Assembly (NCBI GenBank): GCA_973895155.1
Contig: OZ316899.1
Location: 2,625,455-2,689,454 of the forward strand
Source: Marsupella aquatica
Taxonomy: Eukaryota; Plantae; Marchantiophyta
Direction of reading: 5' to 3'
DNA: 64,000 bases
Part shown: in pieces, positions 59,641 to 64,000 of the stretch
Layout of the letters: each line of letters starts with the position of its first letter
Numbering within the stretch: position 1 is the first letter of the stretch
Made by a program: the position numbers and the translations under genes
The notes under the pieces: model-generated
What the model was told of the DNA's origin: nothing
Seen by the model: only the letters and a program-made list of their open reading frames with translations
Database searches by the model: none

Positions 59641-62600
59641 ATGGCTCCAAGGTTGCCTCTTCACAACCCATTTAGGATTAGGCATCATGATTCTAAATTG
59701 TGGATGCGTGAACAAGCCCGGGCCGCCCAAGGTAGGAGTAGGAGGATGAGATGCCCATGCACACAGTGCCAAGGATTCAAGTCATTGAGTTTGAACACTG
59801 TGCACCTTCACTTGCTGCGGCATGAAAGGCACCCTCGATGGAGGGTTTGATATGTACCAGCAAAAGAGGACTCCTCTGATGAAAAGTGGAGAGCTGACTT
59901 TGTGGATTCTAATACAGCTAGGCGTAGAGACTACGTACAGTAGGACATAGACGGTGCAAAGGATGGTCCTGGGGTACAACATGAGAACGTGGATGACCAA
60001 GATGGAGATGCAGTCACTGAGGACGGTGGGATGGATGTCCCAAGAATGGTTCAAGAGATTTTTGAAGACCTTGATGCTTTTTACGACACAGTGGAATCGA
60101 AAGAGGACAATGAACCGCAGCCACACATTGGAGTAGGCCCACCTGAACCTGACTTTGACATCGGGGAAGGTGCAGTGGAGAGGGAGTGGGTGTTTGGGGG
60201 CCCAAAACACATCAAAGAAGCTTGCATTCCTATCTACGAGGGGTCAAATTGCTCCAAGCTAGGTTTTGTTGTGTTGTTGTTGAACACTTGTGGCAATCAC
60301 AATGTTCCCAATATATTTGTGACAGAGTTGTTGACCTTCCTGCACTGAAATGTGTTACCAGATGGTAATTCAATTCCAAAAAATATGTACAAGGCTAGGA
60401 AATTGATGTCTAACCTTGGGCTGAACTATGTGTCTATTGACGCATGCCCTGATGGGTGTGTTCTCTTTCGCAAAGAGCATGCAGATAAATTAACATGCCC
60501 TCATTGTGGTAAGCACAGGTACAAGAATGTAGGGAAATGTACACACCCTGCCAAGGTTCTTCATCATTTTCCTCTCATTCCTAGACTACAACGTCTGTTT
60601 AGATGCCCTGTCATTTCCAAGCTGATGACATGGACTTCTGATAACAACAGCAGTGATGGCTTGCAGCGTTACATTGGAGATTCCAACCATTGGAAATTTG
60701 TTGATGAGAGGTGGCCACAGTTTGCTGCAGAGAAGCAGAACTTTTGATTTGGTCTATCACTGGATGGAGTAAACCCATTTGGAGACAAAAACAACCGTTA
60801 TTCATGTTGGCCAGTTACGCTGCTAAATTACAACCTTCCCCCATGGATGACTACAAAGAGGTTTTTTGTGATGATGGTGCTGCTAATCCCTGGACCAGCT
60901 TCTGTGACCAAGCAATTCATAGATATCATGTTGGCTCCAGCAGTGGAAGAGTGGAAGACTTTGTGGATAGAAGGGGTGTTAACCCATGATGTTCTGAAAG
61001 GGCTTCTTCGACCCAGCCCCTTTAGACTGCATGCAATTTGTTTGCTGGATATAGCAGATTACCCAGGCCATGGCATCATATATGGACGAGTGACAAAGGG
61101 CTATGTGGGGTGCACACCATGTGGGAAAAATGTGACAAGTGAGTGGTCGCATGCCCTGCACAATATGAAATTTCAGGGGCATAGAAGGTATCTGCCTGCT
61201 GATCATCCTTACAGGCACACACGGTCTCAAATTGCACACTTCAACAACAAAACAGAGCTTCGTGGCCCACCACAGAGGGTCACCAGAGAACAAGTCCTGA
61301 GGTGGGCAGCCAGGAAGGCTGATTGGGACAAGAGAAGTGCCACTGATCGAGAACCTGAGGATCCAATGGTGAAACACGGTGTGAAAAGACAGACCTTGAT
61401 GGACTTGGAGTTGGAGTACTGGAGGGTAATGTACTTAGCCTTCAGCCCCTGTATGATCTACATTATAGATTGGAGCAATGGTGGATTGATGTTGGTTACA
61501 ATCCTCCTATTTGGTTAATTAGTGTTTCTGTTGTTGAATTCTTTGCTTTGTGGAGTGCAGGAATTTGAGCCCAGCAAACACACTGTGGACGTCATGCACA
61601 TTGAGAAAAATATTTGTGAGAGCTTGCTGAAGTTCTTGTCGGGTGAGAAAGATACATGAGCAGTTCGAGCTGATATGCAACAGAAGGGGATTCGCCCTCA
61701 CCTTTGGTTGAAGCCCCATGCAAGCAATCCCAATGTACTTCTCAAGTTCCAAGCTCCCTATGTGTGCACACAGGAAGAATGGAAGAATTCTTGTATAGAT
61801 TGAGCTGTCTGAAAGTGCCCTCTGGCTATGCTGGTGCCTTCAAGAAGCATATTACAAAGAATAAACTTGGCAGTATGAAAACACATGACTACCATGTGTT
61901 GATGCAGCACATTTTGCCCCTATGCCTCAGAGGTCTCATGCAAAAACCAGTCCGTAATGTCATTCTTTGACTGTGCAATGTATTTCGCCGTATATGTGTG
62001 AAAGTGTGGGATCCCCAAGGATTGGAGCAGTTGAAGCAGGATGCTGCTTATGTCCTCTGTGACTTGGAGATATACTTCCCCCCTACTTTCTTTGATGTTA
62101 TGACTCATCTCCTAATCCATGTGGTAGAAGAGCTAGGGCAGTATGGGCCAGTCAGTACGAGATGGATGTACCCTATGGAGCGATACATGAAGTTGTTGAA
62201 AGGTCATGTGAGAACATACTACAGGCCAGAGGCTTCCATGGCATTGGGGTACATTAAGGATGAGACGTTGGGGTTCCTAACAGAGTACATGGCTGGGTCT
62301 GGTGAAGCTATGACAAGAGTTTGGAAATCTGGTGAAGATGATGGAGTGAGTGGCGAGGTTGTTGAAGATGTGGGACGTGCTGTGCAGCCGTCTGTTGCGA
62401 TTTGAGACAAGGCTCATTCATATGTGCTGGCAAACACAGAGCCTATGCAACCATGGTGGAGGTGAGTGATTGAATTGACTTGCCTTTGTTGTGATGCTTC
62501 TTGTCTATTCCAAGGGTGATCTTAGGTTGTCATGTGTTGTTTAGACCTAACTATGCCTGTACCTCATATTGCAGGGAATATGATATGCAAAAAGTTGCAC

Positions 62601-63333
62601 ACTCTGGGCAGCAGGATCCCTTCCCACAGTTTGAGCAATGGATTTGGGTGGCAATTCGAGAGCATAGTAGACATCACCCAAATATGGAGAAGGATTTGTA
62701 TCTCTATCTGTGCCACCACGATTGTCTATTCTGACCTACAAACGGATGAGAGCTCATGGAAATCATTATCGAGTGAGGGATGAGCAGGGTGACCATTGTG
62801 TATCATATGATTGTGGTTTGATATCTGTGTTTGAGCAGAGAACCTCTGAAGAACAAAGGGGGTGGATGAAGATGGGTTACGTGGGGGAGTTGACAAACAT
62901 TTGGGTCTTGAATTATGGTGACACAAGTGTCCCTGTAATATTGATGAAGGGAGCATGGGTGAAATCATAATGGCAGAGGCCAAGGGCCACCATGAAGCGT
63001 GATCCTGATGGGTTCTTGTTGGCCAATTTTAGGTCCAGAGTACCAGAATGGTCTGAGCCTTTTGTTTTCCCTAGCCAAGTTGAACAGACTTTCTTTCTAG
63101 ATGTGGAGGGGTCACATGACTGGAGGGTGGTATGCCATAGCCAAGCACGGAACAGGCGGATGGATGGAAGTAAAGTAGAGTTCAGTTTGGACGACCATGT
63201 TGCATTCGAGCATCCTAGTCAGGAGACTGTAGTTCCAACTCGAGCAGGGACCGACTTCATCTCGTTAACATTGAGAGAGACATATGATGAACCTGGGGAG
63301 ATGGAATATGATGAGGTTGATGATGTGCAATAG
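59641..63333 (+). pseudogene. CACTA-3 Tnp2/TnpD transposase
   Basis: RCPCTQC, IDACPDGC, LSLDGVNPFG, NYNLPPW, VDVMHIEKN, MKTHDYHVLMQ, WMYPMERYMK, FVFPSQVEQTFF; introns ~61427-61560 and ~62462-62575; many nonsense codons. Confidence 0.95.
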
Positions 63334-63509
63334 CAACAGCTGGCGATTGGCAAGTATGAGGTTGAGGATGACTACCTGCACAAAGTCACAGAACGGGAAT
63401 TGCTGCCTGGAATGATGTTTAGGATAGTTGGATATGCATGAAATTGATTGATACTTTGAATCTAGTGTGCTGATTCTCCCTGTTTGGTTGTGGGTGCTGT
63501 GCAGAAGCT

Positions 63510-63881
63510 ATGGGAGAAGAGGGTGAAGACATGGAGATAGACATGGGGCTTGGAGAGTGGGGTGAAGAGGAAAGATTGGATATGGATGGAGATCCAGATG
63601 CAGGGGGCTCACAGAAAAATGCACCTGTGCAGGATGCACAGGGCCCTCATCAAGTGCCAGGTAGGTGGGCAGCCAGAGAGAAATCACATAATCCATACCC
63701 TAGAAGGAGCCAGAGTTATTGGCAAGGGACGCCTGATGATTATGATGATGACTATGATGGAGCAGAAGATGGATGGGATGAATATGAACACCCAGAGCGT
63801 GGTAGAGACGGGTACAGAGGGCAATGGAAAGGCGAGGAGGATGATTGGACAAGTAAGTGCCTTGTGCTAGTGATTTTGTGA
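63510..63881 (+). CDS. Start of the CACTA-3 second gene (acidic, Gly-rich exon)
   Basis: ATG downstream of Tnp2, with a probable donor GTAAGT at ~63852. Confidence 0.45.
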   Translation: MGEEGEDMEIDMGLGEWGEEERLDMDGDPDAGGSQKNAPVQDAQGPHQVPGRWAAREKSHNPYPRRSQSYWQGTPDDYDDDYDGAEDGWDEYEHPERGRDGYRGQWKGEEDDWTSKCLVLVIL

Positions 63882-64000
63882 TGGTAGTAGAGATTTAGCT
63901 CAATATGGACTTATCTGATGTCTAGCTAGGGCAAAGAGTTTATCTTACAGGTCCATCAGTGTGGCATGTACCTGTTGGTATGCAGACTCTGATTGGGACA

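Larger units (their letters stand above)
49160..64000 (+). mobile_element. CACTA-3, a distinct CACTA family running off the window
   Basis: Terminus CACTAGTAGAAACC at 49160; carries a diverged Tnp2 and cargo in the same order as CACTA-1. Confidence 0.85.

Overview
No host gene is recognisable. The window is a deeply nested eukaryotic transposon cluster with GT-AG introns, a tRNA-iMet PBS and TTTAGGG motifs; the TE repertoire suggests a non-seed land plant (inference). Left to right: (1) the 3' part of a P-superfamily-like DNA transposon. (2) A minus-strand Ty3/gypsy carrying a DNMT3-like C5 methyltransferase between protease and RT. (3) Two more gypsy fragments. (4) A large CACTA (CACTA-1, from 13475) carrying EDM2-like PHD, F-box-like and Tnp2 genes. 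It is interrupted by two nested solo-LTR-like units, by a complete 17-kb Mutator element (29947-47128, 9-bp TSD) that itself holds a complete non-autonomous CACTA (35525-41566, TSD CAA), and by a second CACTA family (CACTA-3, from 49160) with Cys-rich, EDM2-like PHD, tandem BRCT, F-box-like and Tnp2 genes. The best candidate for an undescribed system is the Mutator element. Divergent from its transposase it encodes a ParB/Srx-like plus beta-class amino-methyltransferase-like protein, and it carries 17 copies of the palindrome TAGCGC-N3-GCGCTA, all in its own non-coding DNA, resembling the VANDAL/VANC layout. The next best is the CACTA cargo: an EDM2-like PHD reader with an H3-tail-like N-terminus. 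All domain calls are by-eye motif recognition; no searches were run.
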